Shown in pieces: positions 10,057 through 19,782 of a stretch of 42,851 nt of DNA (its first letter is position 1; every line of letters begins with the position of its first letter). The notes beneath the pieces were generated by a model. That model searched no databases and had not been told where the DNA came from. It saw only the letters and a program-made list of their open reading frames with translations. The stretch is taken from positions 1 to 42,851 of IMG/VR virus record IMGVR_UViG_3300023313_000243. The stretch is one strand, 5' to 3'. The stretch comes from a virus. Taxonomy: Duplodnaviria > Caudoviricetes. The position numbers were made by a program, and so were the translations under genes.

Positions 10057-10076
10057 ATTATATCAGAATAACCTTA
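10057..10076 (-). promoter_or_regulatory. Putative early promoter TAAGGTTA-N6-TATAAT
   Basis: TAAGGTTATTCTGATATAAT. Confidence 0.75.
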
Positions 10077-10388
10077 AACTGAATATTCTGGATATTCAGT
10101 AAGGATTTTATTTAACTTTTTTCTAATATATTCTAATTCTTTTTTTCTTTCGTTTATATAAATTTCATGGTCAACTTCATAAATTCTTCCATTATGATCA
10201 ATAATTTCTAGAATTTCATTTTCATAAATTTTAAATCTTTTATAGGCAACAAGTGATAAGCAACCTCTAAAAATTTCATGAATTCTATTTTTACTTGTTT
10301 TAATATGTTTAAATTTAAAATCGGGTAAAATAACAAATTTACTTTTATGCTCACTTGAATATTCAACAAATAAAATATAAGTTATCAT
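10074..10388 (-). CDS. Hypothetical protein, C-terminal YPEYSV
   Basis: ORF track; tiles the operon. Confidence 0.7.
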   Translation of the reverse strand: MITYILFVEYSSEHKSKFVILPDFKFKHIKTSKNRIHEIFRGCLSLVAYKRFKIYENEILEIIDHNGRIYEVDHEIYINERKKELEYIRKKLNKILTEYPEYSV

Positions 10389-10790
10389 TTATAATCCTTT
10401 AATTATTTTTGAAGCAAGTGAACCATTAAATCTTCCTTTAAAATTATTATTTAATTCTTTCATTATAAATCCAATATTTAATTGAATATTACTAAGATTA
10501 ATAATAATATCCTTTAATTCACTTTCAGTTAATTGTTTTGGAAGATAATGTTTATAAATATCAAGTTCAAGTTTAAAATCTTTATTATTTGGTGCTAATT
10601 TAATATTTTCAAGAATATTTTTCTGAAATTTTAAAATAACAGAAACTGTTTCAGAATTTGTTGTTTTTCTATTTCCTTTATTTTTTCCAATAGCAATTAT
10701 TTCGGAAATTAGTGCTGTTAGAATACCTGTTTTAAATTTATTTCTTTGTTTTCTTGCTTGTATCTGGTCTTTTTTAATTTCATTAATCAT
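10389..10790 (-). CDS. GatB/YqeY domain protein
   Basis: IKKDQIQARK...YLPKQLTESEL...IGFIMKEL...GRFNG matches the YqeY pattern. Confidence 0.85.
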   Translation of the reverse strand: MINEIKKDQIQARKQRNKFKTGILTALISEIIAIGKNKGNRKTTNSETVSVILKFQKNILENIKLAPNNKDFKLELDIYKHYLPKQLTESELKDIIINLSNIQLNIGFIMKELNNNFKGRFNGSLASKIIKGL

Positions 10791-10801
10791 TTTTAATTTC
10801 C

Positions 10802-12637
10802 TTATAATTTAATTAATTCAAAATCATTATTAAGAATTTTAACTTTTCTTTTATCAGCAGTTTTATCACTATACCATTCATTTATTGTTAATTCAGATTT
10901 TTCATCATATTCCATTTGAATAATCATTTTATTTAATCCATCTGTTTTAATAATATGTCCAAGTGTTGATTTTTTCCATCTTCCTAATCCTTTAGCATAA
11001 TGAACTTCTACTCCCTTTTCATTTAGAGAATCAACTCCATTAAAACTATATGTCCATTTAAAAATCTTTTTATTTTTTTCAGAAAAAGCAATAGGAGTAT
11101 TAAATCTATATAACATTCCTTTTTTTAATTCTTCTTTAAAATATTTTTCAAAAAAAGCAATTATTAAACCTTGAATAGCAATTCCATCAAGATCGGCATC
11201 ACTTGCTACAATTATTTTTTTAAATCCTTCGTTTTTAATAATCTGATATAATTCTGTTAATTCCTTATTTTTAGTAAATTTAAGTTGAGAAGCAGAATAA
11301 GCATTAAGTGGTTTTCCTTTTAAAGCATAAAAAGCATTTCCTTTTCTTCCAATTACAGCAGAAATTCCATTAACAGCAGAGTCACCCTCACCTATAAAAA
11401 GCATATTATTTGATCCAATTGCTCTCATATATTTTTCTGATTTTATTTTCTTTTTATTTTGTTGTAATCCTTTTAATTCCTGTCTTCTTTTAAATTCTTC
11501 TTTTATTTTAAAATAATCAAGAATACTTTCAAGAATTTCTTTATTTCTATATAATCTATTTGAAAAATCAGTAATATCAAACTCATTAAAATAATTTGAT
11601 ATTTCTTTAACTGAATTTGTAAGTAATTCTTTTGTCTGACTTGAATATTTTGCGCCTTTAAAGTTTTTCATTATAATAACAAAAAATAATTTTCTTTTTA
11701 TATCAGCAGGTTTAATTGTTTTATATTTTTTAATTATTTTTTCTCTAATATTTCTTACAATATTATTACTTAGATAATCAATATGAGTTCCCCCATCACT
11801 TAGAGTTAATCCATTCATAATACTAAACTGCTCAAATTCATCTGTTTTTGATTGAAAAACACCAATAACAAAATCTTTATTTTCAGTAATTGTTCCATTT
11901 TCATCAAACATTTTTAAAAACTGTTTTCCAGTTATTTTAATTCTTTTATTATTTAATTTTAGATTTATATCTGGATATGCTACTGAAAGATTATAAAGTC
12001 TTTGCTCAATCATTTTTATATGTTCAACTGTTATTTTTTTTAAACTAAATCTTTCAAGATCAGGTTTCATTTTTATTTTTACACCTTGTTTTCTTGAACT
12101 ATTAATTATTTTAACTTCTTTTGTTTTTAAATTATCTTTTGTTATTACAATACAAGTTTTCTTTCCATCATCAGAAGTTCCAATAAATTCTTTTGAAAAA
12201 ACAACAGAAGCAAAACTTCCAACTCCATTTGTTCCAATTGTTTCAGAATTATCATCTTTAAAGTTTGTACCAGCTCTTGCATGCGTCCAAGCTAACTCAG
12301 GTTGATAAATTTCTGTATTATTAGGTAATATAGTTTTCTGAACAGGAATACCTCTTCCATTATCCTCCAGACTAAATTCAAAATCTGAAATATTAATATT
12401 AATTTTATTAGCAAATTTTCCATTAGTTCTAACAAATTCATCAATTGAATTATCAATTAATTCATTCATAATTTTTAATAATCCCGGAACATATTCAATT
12501 TTTGTTTTTATAAATTTATTTAAATCTGAAATAATATATTCACTTTTTTCTGTTTTTGTAATTCCAGAAATATACATTGACGGTCTGATTAATAAATGTT
12601 CTGACTCACTTAATTTTATAACTTTATTTTCTTTCAT
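10802..12637 (-). CDS. DNA topoisomerase II ATPase/TOPRIM subunit (T4 gp39+gp60-like, fused)
   Basis: EHLLIRPSMYI, ELIDNSIDE, DNGRGIP, GTNGVG, EGDSA, DADLDG. Confidence 0.95.
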   Translation of the reverse strand: MKENKVIKLSESEHLLIRPSMYISGITKTEKSEYIISDLNKFIKTKIEYVPGLLKIMNELIDNSIDEFVRTNGKFANKININISDFEFSLEDNGRGIPVQKTILPNNTEIYQPELAWTHARAGTNFKDDNSETIGTNGVGSFASVVFSKEFIGTSDDGKKTCIVITKDNLKTKEVKIINSSRKQGVKIKMKPDLERFSLKKITVEHIKMIEQRLYNLSVAYPDINLKLNNKRIKITGKQFLKMFDENGTITENKDFVIGVFQSKTDEFEQFSIMNGLTLSDGGTHIDYLSNNIVRNIREKIIKKYKTIKPADIKRKLFFVIIMKNFKGAKYSSQTKELLTNSVKEISNYFNEFDITDFSNRLYRNKEILESILDYFKIKEEFKRRQELKGLQQNKKKIKSEKYMRAIGSNNMLFIGEGDSAVNGISAVIGRKGNAFYALKGKPLNAYSASQLKFTKNKELTELYQIIKNEGFKKIIVASDADLDGIAIQGLIIAFFEKYFKEELKKGMLYRFNTPIAFSEKNKKIFKWTYSFNGVDSLNEKGVEVHYAKGLGRWKKSTLGHIIKTDGLNKMIIQMEYDEKSELTINEWYSDKTADKRKVKILNNDFELIKL

Positions 12638-12678
12638 TTTTATCCTCTTTTTTTATATTCTGTATATTTCATAAAATC

Positions 12679-12712
12679 TATATCTGTCTTTTTTTCTTTT
12701 AAGACAGATATA
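12679..12712. terminator. 12-bp perfect stem, 10-nt loop (possible terminator or processing site)
   Basis: TATATCTGTCTT / AAGACAGATATA in the intergenic gap. Confidence 0.5.
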
Positions 12713-12752
12713 TAAATAATAAAACCAATAAGTAATATTATTATTTTATTCA

Positions 12753-13613
12753 TTATTTAATATTTAGAAGTAATCCAGATTTTCCTGAAACAACAGTTGT
12801 TGGTAAAATTCCATTCCATCTTGATATTTTATATTTTTGATTTGCTAATTTAATTCTAACAAGATCAAGTTGTCTCCATTCAATCATTTCTTTTGTTATT
12901 GTTTTCTTTAGAATTTCTTGTGCTTTTGCTTGTCCAGTTTTTCTTGCTATTTCTTGTTCAGCTTGGATTTTAATTGTTTTTAGTCTATAAGTTTCTTTTT
13001 TTGCTTTTTCACTTTCAACCATTTTCTCTTCGACTGCGTGAATAATCTTTTTTGGTAATGGAATATTATTAATATTTACCTGTTCAATAGTTAAAAATTC
13101 GCCAAGTCTTGCTTGTAAAGTTGAAATAATTTTAGTTTCATAAACTGATCTATTTTTATTTAACTCATAAACGGATGCTTTTCCAATTGCTTCTCTAATT
13201 ACAGCTCTTGCTTTTTTAATAATTAATTTATCTTCCCAAACTTTATCTTTTCCATAATTAATATAAATATCAACAAGTTTTTCTGATTTTACTTTATATA
13301 AAACAGAAACATCAATATCAACAGTTAAATTTTCTGTTGTTAGAATTGTTATAGGTCTTTCATAAATAATTTCTTTTGTATCAAATTTATTATAATTTTT
13401 TGAATTCATATCAACCATTTTTGCTTTTGTATTATAAACAGCAAGTTTAACAAATGGATTTAATGAGAAGAAAAAACCAGGAGCAATAACTTTTTTATCT
13501 GCTTTTCCAGCAACAACTTTTACAGCAGACTGACCCGAATCAATTGTTGTTATTTTACATCCAGTTGTTAATAATAATCCCATAATAAGTGTAATTAGCA
13601 TCTTAATTTTCAT
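12753..13613 (-). CDS. SPFH/band-7 (prohibitin-like) lipoprotein
   Basis: Lipobox LLTTGC; T.ENLTVDIDVSVLY; coiled-coil C-terminus ending RWNGILP. Confidence 0.85.
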   Translation of the reverse strand: MKIKMLITLIMGLLLTTGCKITTIDSGQSAVKVVAGKADKKVIAPGFFFSLNPFVKLAVYNTKAKMVDMNSKNYNKFDTKEIIYERPITILTTENLTVDIDVSVLYKVKSEKLVDIYINYGKDKVWEDKLIIKKARAVIREAIGKASVYELNKNRSVYETKIISTLQARLGEFLTIEQVNINNIPLPKKIIHAVEEKMVESEKAKKETYRLKTIKIQAEQEIARKTGQAKAQEILKKTITKEMIEWRQLDLVRIKLANQKYKISRWNGILPTTVVSGKSGLLLNIK

Positions 13614-13816
13614 TTTTTATCCTTAAATATTGTTTTAATTTTATTTGTTAATTTGTTATTTAAATTAGCAAAATAGTCTGAGGTTTCAATAAAACCAAGC
13701 ATATGAGTAATAAAAGTAATATAAAAAATACTTGTAAGTAATAAAGCAATTACTAAAGCTGTTAAAAAAACAACTGAAACAAGAATTTTTATAAAACCAA
13801 ATAATAATAGTAGCAT
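13610..13816 (-). CDS. Small membrane protein
   Basis: Long hydrophobic stretch; AGGA RBS; ATGA coupling to the SPFH gene. Confidence 0.7.
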   Translation of the reverse strand: MLLLLFGFIKILVSVVFLTALVIALLLTSIFYITFITHMLGFIETSDYFANLNNKLTNKIKTIFKDKK

Positions 13817-13832
13817 TTCTTTTCCTTTAATT

Positions 13833-15137
13833 TTAATTACTAAAAAGATTAGTAATTTCTGTTTTCCAAATTTCTTCGGTCTCTCTATTTATGAATTGTT
13901 TATATTCTCCTTTTTTTAAAATAATTAAATTTTCAATTTCTATTATTTTTTCATTTGAAAGATTATAAATTGGTATTTTCAATAGATAATCATAATTAGT
14001 ATTATATTTAATTATTCCTTTAATACTCATTAATTGATTTATAATTTCTGTTTTTGTTTTTCTATTTATTATTATTTTATTTTCAATTACACCTTTTAAA
14101 AATATTAATTTACTTGAAATTAATAAAAGTTCATTTTTCTTTTTTTCCTGAATAAATTTCTTTCTAATAATATTATATTTATTTTTAATTTTTTTATAAT
14201 GATCAATAATTTCTTCTGCTTTTGTATATTGTTTTATTTTATTAAACTCATCTATAACAGTAAAATTTTCAGTTATTGTTTTAATTAATTTTAGTTTTAT
14301 AAGAATATCTTCATCAGAATTTTCTTTTAAAAAATTAATATCTACTTTTATTTTAAATTTAAAAATATCATTATCAGATAAATCAATATAACTTTTAATT
14401 ATTTTTAAATCTTCAAGTTTATCAAGAATTGAAATATAATTACTTAATTCATATCCAACTGGAATTTCTGTTATTAAAAGTTCTGTTTTTGATACTCTTT
14501 TAAAGATACCTAAAATTTTCCATTGATTTAACTTTTCTCCTTTAATTATTTTTCCCTTAAATCCTTTAAAAAATGGTTTAAGATTTGATTTTTCATTTTT
14601 TAAATATTTAATTATTTCCTCTGTTTTTCTTGGTAATATTTTACAAGCAAATCCAGTAGCAATTCCCTCAGAACCATTAATTAAAATAATAGGAAGTGTT
14701 GGAACAAAAAATCTTGGTTCAATCTTCTGTCCCTCAAATTCTTGTTTAATTAAAATTTCACTATCTTCTTTTATAAATAAATTATCAAAATATTTTTCTT
14801 TTGCTGTATAAATATATCTTAATGCTGCAGCAGAATTATTAAATCTTGCACCAAAATTTCCCTCTCTTGTTAATAATGGTAAATTATTACTTCCAAGATA
14901 GTTTTTAGCAAGATTAACTATCACATTTCCAATACTTCCGTGAAGATATTGGACTTCGCTTTGTATTTTTCCTTCAAGATTAAAAAGTTTTTCATCTTTA
15001 TTTCCATATTTTGACATATAATAAATAACTTTTCTTGAAGCATTTTTCTGACCATCAATAAGTGATGGAATAGCTCTTAATACAGAATAACTTGCGAAAT
15101 TCCCAACCTCATTATCTAGAAAATCTGTAATTTTCAT
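13833..15137 (-). CDS. DNA topoisomerase II breakage-reunion subunit (T4 gp52-like)
   Basis: RAIPSLIDGQK, YLHG, GNFG, catalytic AALRYI, LINGSEGIATGF. Confidence 0.95.
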   Translation of the reverse strand: MKITDFLDNEVGNFASYSVLRAIPSLIDGQKNASRKVIYYMSKYGNKDEKLFNLEGKIQSEVQYLHGSIGNVIVNLAKNYLGSNNLPLLTREGNFGARFNNSAAALRYIYTAKEKYFDNLFIKEDSEILIKQEFEGQKIEPRFFVPTLPIILINGSEGIATGFACKILPRKTEEIIKYLKNEKSNLKPFFKGFKGKIIKGEKLNQWKILGIFKRVSKTELLITEIPVGYELSNYISILDKLEDLKIIKSYIDLSDNDIFKFKIKVDINFLKENSDEDILIKLKLIKTITENFTVIDEFNKIKQYTKAEEIIDHYKKIKNKYNIIRKKFIQEKKKNELLLISSKLIFLKGVIENKIIINRKTKTEIINQLMSIKGIIKYNTNYDYLLKIPIYNLSNEKIIEIENLIILKKGEYKQFINRETEEIWKTEITNLFSN

Positions 15138-15346
15138 ATTCCTCCTTTAACTATAAAATATAAAGGTATTTCTATTAAAACAAATAAACAAATACCTAAA
15201 CTAATATCTTTTATTATTTTATTTCTAAAATATTTTTTATTTTCTTCTGTTAAACTTTCCATTTTTAAAAATTCAATTTCATTTGATATTAAAAATCCAA
15301 ACATTATAAAATAAATAAAACAACTAACATAATATAAATAAATCAT
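15134..15346 (-). CDS. Small membrane protein (2 TM)
   Basis: Two hydrophobic segments; coupled overlaps. Confidence 0.7.
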   Translation of the reverse strand: MIYLYYVSCFIYFIMFGFLISNEIEFLKMESLTEENKKYFRNKIIKDISLGICLFVLIEIPLYFIVKGGI

Positions 15347-15522
15347 TTTTTTCCTTTAAATATTATTGAATCAATTTTCCAAAAAATAATTGCTCCAATA
15401 AACTGTCCAATCATTAGGTTTATCCAAAGCGGAAAACCCTTTGACTCAATAAATAACATAAATGGTAACATAATCAAAGCAGATAATTGCCATCTTAAGT
15501 GATATATAATATATCTCTTCAT
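15343..15522 (-). CDS. Unannotated 59-aa membrane protein
   Basis: Hand-translated MKRYIIYHLRWQLS...IFWKIDSIIFKGKK*; AGGAG RBS; ATGA overlap. Confidence 0.75.
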   Translation of the reverse strand: MKRYIIYHLRWQLSALIMLPFMLFIESKGFPLWINLMIGQFIGAIIFWKIDSIIFKGKK

Positions 15523-15540
15523 ATTATAACTCCTTTTTAT

Positions 15541-15895
15541 TTAAATTTTCGCTCTTTTAATATTTTGATAACAAATATCCTTTTCAATTAATATTTTTCT
15601 TCTTGTTAAATAAATTATTTTTGCTTCTTTAAAACTTTTTGTTTTATAACAACTAATATTTATTTTTGAATTAATAAATATCCATAATCTAAAATCATAA
15701 TAAGTTTTTTTCAGTTTTAAAATCATTCCAATCCTTTTTATTAAAATATTCAATTCCACTTTCAAAAAAAGTTTTTATTTTTCTATTTGATATTTTAACT
15801 GGAGTTTCTTCCATAAAACCAAAAACATAATAAAAATCGTTTTTAAAATAAATTTTATATTTTGCTTTAAACATTATTGTTTCTATATTTGTCAT
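15541..15895 (-). pseudogene. Probably one ~117-aa gene split by a frameshift in an A7 run (ORFs 15695..15895 and 15541..15765)
   Basis: Removing one base from the T7 run at 15705-15711 joins ...KTEK to TYYDFRLW... Confidence 0.5.
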
Positions 15896-16311
15896 AACTT
15901 TCCTTGTTTAATATAAAGTCCATTTTTAATTAGAAAATCAATTCCCTCTCTATCTCTATATTCCTCAATATAAAATACTTTTTTAATTCCGGACTGAAAA
16001 ATTAATTTTGCGCATTCAATACAAGGACTTAAGGTTATATAAATACTACAATTATTTATATTTATTCCATTTTTTGCTGAAAAAGCAATAGCATTCATTT
16101 CAGCATGAATTACACTTTTACAAGTAACATTTTTTTCGTTTATTAATTTTTCGCAATTATTATCTTTACCAGATAAAGTTCCATTATATGCTGTTATAAG
16201 TATTCTTTTATCTCTTGAAATTACAGCACCAACTTGTTTTCTTTTACAAGTTGATAATTTTGACCAAATAATTGCTGTTTCAAACATTGCTAATTCTATT
16301 TTTAAATTCAT
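15892..16311 (-). CDS. dCMP deaminase
   Basis: CKRKQVGAV, HAEMNAI, SPCIEC. Confidence 0.95.
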   Translation of the reverse strand: MNLKIELAMFETAIIWSKLSTCKRKQVGAVISRDKRILITAYNGTLSGKDNNCEKLINEKNVTCKSVIHAEMNAIAFSAKNGININNCSIYITLSPCIECAKLIFQSGIKKVFYIEEYRDREGIDFLIKNGLYIKQGKL

Positions 16312-16775
16312 TAATTTTTTTCAAAAAATCTATTTGGTTTATTTTTCTTTAAATCAAAACCCTCTTTAAAAAATAATACAACAATTTGAATTCTTGTATT
16401 TTTATTTTCTCTAAATTTTCTTGAAATAAGAGTTCCATCTTCTGAAAAAGCAATAAGCGAATCAATAATTTCAAAAACAGTTTCAATTTTATTATTACTA
16501 AAAGAAACAACATTAATTTCTTTATCGGAAAGTGTAAATTTAATATTTTCTTCATTATTAATTGTATTTTCTTTTATTTCTTTAAACTTTTTTGTATAAT
16601 TTTTATTTTTTTTATAAATGATTTTATTAAATTTAAGAAACTCAATAAGTTCCTCAAAAACTTCTGTACTACAAGCATAATCCCAATCAGACTCATTATT
16701 TGGATTTCCATAAGCTCTTGAACCAAATAATTTCATTTCTCTTTTTATAATATCTAACAATCTTTCATCATTCAT
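16311..16775 (-). CDS. Minimal Pol-beta-type nucleotidyltransferase
   Basis: LFGSRAYG...SDWDY. Confidence 0.75.
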   Translation of the reverse strand: MNDERLLDIIKREMKLFGSRAYGNPNNESDWDYACSTEVFEELIEFLKFNKIIYKKNKNYTKKFKEIKENTINNEENIKFTLSDKEINVVSFSNNKIETVFEIIDSLIAFSEDGTLISRKFRENKNTRIQIVVLFFKEGFDLKKNKPNRFFEKN

Positions 16776-16783
16776 TTTATATC

Positions 16784-17653
16784 CTAATATAAATTAACTA
16801 TTTTCTCTAACTCATTTCTAATTCTTTCTGAAGAAGTATTAGAAATAGCATACTCAAAATTTTCTCTAACAAGTTTAAGTGATTTTTTTCCTGGTTTAAA
16901 TCCTTTCTTAATCATTCTATAAAATCTAAAAACCCTATTTGGATCTTCAATAATTCTTTGTTTTCCATTTCCTATAAAATTAATTTCTTTATTTAAATTA
17001 TCTTTAATTCCATTTCCAGTTGGATCAATAATATTTTTATTTTGTAGTGAATAAAATAAAGAATTAATATAAAAATCTCTTCTAAATGAATCACTAATAA
17101 TATCTCCTGTTATTCCTCCTTTATTATCTTTATCACTTCTTAATTCAGCAATTTCAAAAGTTTTTCCAGAAATATGACAAACATTTAAAACAAGAAATTG
17201 CTTACCTGTTTTTTTAATTTTCCATTCTTTTTTATTTTCAAATAAATTTTCAAGAGTTTTATAAGAATTTTCAGAACAAAAATCAATATCTTTAGGACTT
17301 TTATCTGAAATTAAATCTCTTAAAAATCCACCAACAATATAAGTTTCTTCTTTTAATTCTTTTAAAATTTCAATAAAATTAATTGTTACTTTATCAAGAT
17401 TTAAAATATTTAATTTTATTTTATTTTCAATTTTACTTTTATTATCTATTAATTTTAATACTTCATTTGATTTTATATTATTAAAATTATTATTTTTTAT
17501 ATTTCTTAAATCACTAATATAAACTTCAATTTCTTTTATTTTTATTAAATCAATATCTGTTTCATAATTTATAGGAAAATATTTATTTTTTTCTTTTATA
17601 TTTTTATAATAATAATTATTAATTATCTGAATTAATTCCTTTTGAATATACAT
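16784..17653 (-). CDS. CCA-adding enzyme / poly(A) polymerase family (class II NTase, short)
   Basis: VGGFLRD, KDIDF, RRDFYINSL, EDPNRVFR, SERIRNEL. Confidence 0.9.
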   Translation of the reverse strand: MYIQKELIQIINNYYYKNIKEKNKYFPINYETDIDLIKIKEIEVYISDLRNIKNNNFNNIKSNEVLKLIDNKSKIENKIKLNILNLDKVTINFIEILKELKEETYIVGGFLRDLISDKSPKDIDFCSENSYKTLENLFENKKEWKIKKTGKQFLVLNVCHISGKTFEIAELRSDKDNKGGITGDIISDSFRRDFYINSLFYSLQNKNIIDPTGNGIKDNLNKEINFIGNGKQRIIEDPNRVFRFYRMIKKGFKPGKKSLKLVRENFEYAISNTSSERIRNELEKIVNLY

Positions 17654-18024
17654 TATTTTATTTCCTTTTTAAAACATTTTATTTTTAAATATAATTCTTC
17701 TTGATTAAAAATTGTATCTTTAGTAAGATAAATAGTATAAAAATCATTATAACAGTTTTCTTTTATATGTGTACTTATTCCTTTATATATTATATGTTTT
17801 TCTTTTATAATTATATTTCTTTTTTCAATTAGAGTATTATTAGTTATTCCAATAGTTCCAATAAAAATTATAAAAGTATATACTAAAAACTTAAAATCAT
17901 ATTCTTTTAAAACAACTCCTATACTAAATAAAGACTGTAAACAAAAATAAATAAAAAAACCTAGTTTAATACCAAAAGATATTATAAGTAAATATAGTAA
18001 AATTGGCGGAATTATATATATCAT
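17653..18024 (-). CDS. Membrane protein, paralog of the next gene
   Basis: Shared IEKRNIIIKEKHIIYKGIS.HI.ENCYNDFYTIY and IKCFKKEIK. Confidence 0.75.
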   Translation of the reverse strand: MIYIIPPILLYLLIISFGIKLGFFIYFCLQSLFSIGVVLKEYDFKFLVYTFIIFIGTIGITNNTLIEKRNIIIKEKHIIYKGISTHIKENCYNDFYTIYLTKDTIFNQEELYLKIKCFKKEIK

Positions 18025-18449
18025 TTTATTTCCTTTTTAAAACATTTTATTTCTATTTCATCTAAATTTTTATTAAAAATACTATTTCTAATAACATAAA
18101 TAGTATAAAAATCATTATAACAGTTTTCTCTTATATGTACACTTATTCCTTTATATATTATATGTTTTTCTTTTATAATTATATTTCTTTTTTCAATAAC
18201 TTCATTTTTTATTAATAATCCAGTAAATAAAAATACAAAAATTAAATAAAAGAAAAAATATGTTGTTTTTAATTCGTCTTTTATAAAATATTTAATTTTA
18301 TTTGGTAATTCAAAATCAACTGAAAATATTATTAAGCCAAGAAAGAAAAAAGTAATAATATAAAATATTTCAAATCCTAGTTTAATTCCAAAAGATATTA
18401 TAAGTAAATATATTAAAAGTGGCGGAATTATAAATATTAATTTATTCAT
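18021..18449 (-). CDS. Membrane protein, paralog of the previous gene
   Basis: IIPP.L.YLLIISFGIKLGF N-terminus plus shared C-terminal block. Confidence 0.75.
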   Translation of the reverse strand: MNKLIFIIPPLLIYLLIISFGIKLGFEIFYIITFFFLGLIIFSVDFELPNKIKYFIKDELKTTYFFFYLIFVFLFTGLLIKNEVIEKRNIIIKEKHIIYKGISVHIRENCYNDFYTIYVIRNSIFNKNLDEIEIKCFKKEIK

Positions 18450-18450
18450 T

Positions 18451-18723
18451 TTATTTCCTTATCTGTTTTTTATATTGAATAATTATTTCGTCTCTAATAA
18501 AATAATTATTTCCTATTTCTAATTTTATAATAAAAGTGAATAAAATATTTATTAAATGTAAATACATAAAATAATAAACTCTCTTTTTTGTTACCTTATT
18601 TGTAACTATTAAAAATAAAAAGGAAATTATAAAATAAATTATTGAACCACCTATAATTCCAAAAAAATTAATTAATAAAATTAAAATAACAAAAGGACTA
18701 AATATTAAATAAAAAGTTTTCAT
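18451..18723 (-). CDS. Membrane protein (possible distant third paralog)
   Basis: Similar multi-TM pattern. Confidence 0.65.
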   Translation of the reverse strand: MKTFYLIFSPFVILILLINFFGIIGGSIIYFIISFLFLIVTNKVTKKRVYYFMYLHLINILFTFIIKLEIGNNYFIRDEIIIQYKKQIRK

Positions 18724-18724
18724 T

Positions 18725-18913
18725 TTACATTCTCACATATTTTCTTAGAATTGTTCCAATTCTAGGATGTTTTAATTTATTAATAGCACTTCTCTCAATT
18801 TCTTTAACCTCTTCTGGAGTTATTTCTAACTCCTTTGCTATTTCATCATAACTCATAGCATATCTTGGGTCATTTGCCGAATCACAATATAAAAAACTTT
18901 TATTTATTGACAT
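18725..18913 (-). CDS. Stand-alone sigma70 region-4-like HTH protein (~62 aa)
   Basis: MSYDEIAKELEITPEEVKEIERSAINKLKHPRIG resembles the RpoD C-terminus; GAGG RBS precedes the ATG at 18913. Confidence 0.8.
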   Translation of the reverse strand: MSINKSFLYCDSANDPRYAMSYDEIAKELEITPEEVKEIERSAINKLKHPRIGTILRKYVRM

Positions 18914-19340
18914 CTGTAAAAACCTCAATTGATTTATTAATATATTTTTCTGGAATTCCTACAAGTTTTATCCATTCTTTTTTTGAAAGAATTGGTTGCT
19001 GTTCTTGTTCAAAATTATTAAAAATAATTGCTTGGTCTTTATCAACAATAGCAACAATTTCATCTTCTTCAACTATTTTTTTAAAAGTTTTATCTTTAAA
19101 CATCGTAATAATAAAAATTTTACCGTCTTTTGTAATAAAACTTTCTTTTAAGGTTTGTTCTTTTAAATCAAGAATAATTTGAGTTGGAAATTGTTCCATT
19201 ATTGAGTCCGGTAAAAGTTTATTCCAATTATTATTATTCCAAATAATTAATCTAAATGGAATTTCATTTTTAATCATAAACTTAGAAATATTATAAGCAT
19301 TTTTTCTAAGTTCGTTTTTTAATTCATCTGTATATATCAT
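18900..19340 (-). CDS. Hypothetical protein, possibly SspB-like fold
   Basis: CDS well supported (AAGGA RBS); the fold guess is from recalled pattern similarity only. Confidence 0.4.
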   Translation of the reverse strand: MIYTDELKNELRKNAYNISKFMIKNEIPFRLIIWNNNNWNKLLPDSIMEQFPTQIILDLKEQTLKESFITKDGKIFIITMFKDKTFKKIVEEDEIVAIVDKDQAIIFNNFEQEQQPILSKKEWIKLVGIPEKYINKSIEVFTDVNK

Positions 19341-19348
19341 ATTTTTCC

Positions 19349-19570
19349 TTAAACAAAAAGTTCTGGAAGTGAACTTTCAATATAACTTAAATTTATACAT
19401 TCAACTCCTCTTCTTCTATTTGTACTTCCCTTTTCTTTTTTAATTTTTACAGTTCTTCCAAATAATTCAATTACTTCCCCAAAATAAAGGGAAGTATCTT
19501 GTTGTCCACCACTTGCAAATAAAACTCTATCTCCAACTTTTAATTCAATATTAAATTTATCTTTAATCAT
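19349..19570 (-). CDS. Small KOW/SH3-like protein, C-terminal LPELFV
   Basis: DKFNIELKVGDRVLF...FGEVIE. Confidence 0.65.
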   Translation of the reverse strand: MIKDKFNIELKVGDRVLFASGGQQDTSLYFGEVIELFGRTVKIKKEKGSTNRRRGVECINLSYIESSLPELFV

Positions 19571-19782
19571 AATTTACAACTTTCTTCATTTTTTATTTCA
19601 TCAGAAATTTCATTTGTTATTTTAATCCAAGAAAGAATTGTTGCTGATGAGATTTTTTGCTGAATATTTTTTTTAAATAAATCTGCTAGACAATTATAAC
19701 AAATATGAATTTTATCATCATATTCAATAAATTTAGTAATTTCATTTTTACAATTATCACAATTAATAACTATTTTTTTCAA
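19567..19782 (-). CDS. Small C4 zinc-finger protein (ClpX ZBD-like spacing)
   Basis: CDNC-x16-CYNC; TTG start after AAGGA RBS and promoter. Confidence 0.6.
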   Translation of the reverse strand: MKKIVINCDNCKNEITKFIEYDDKIHICYNCLADLFKKNIQQKISSATILSWIKITNEISDEIKNEESCKL

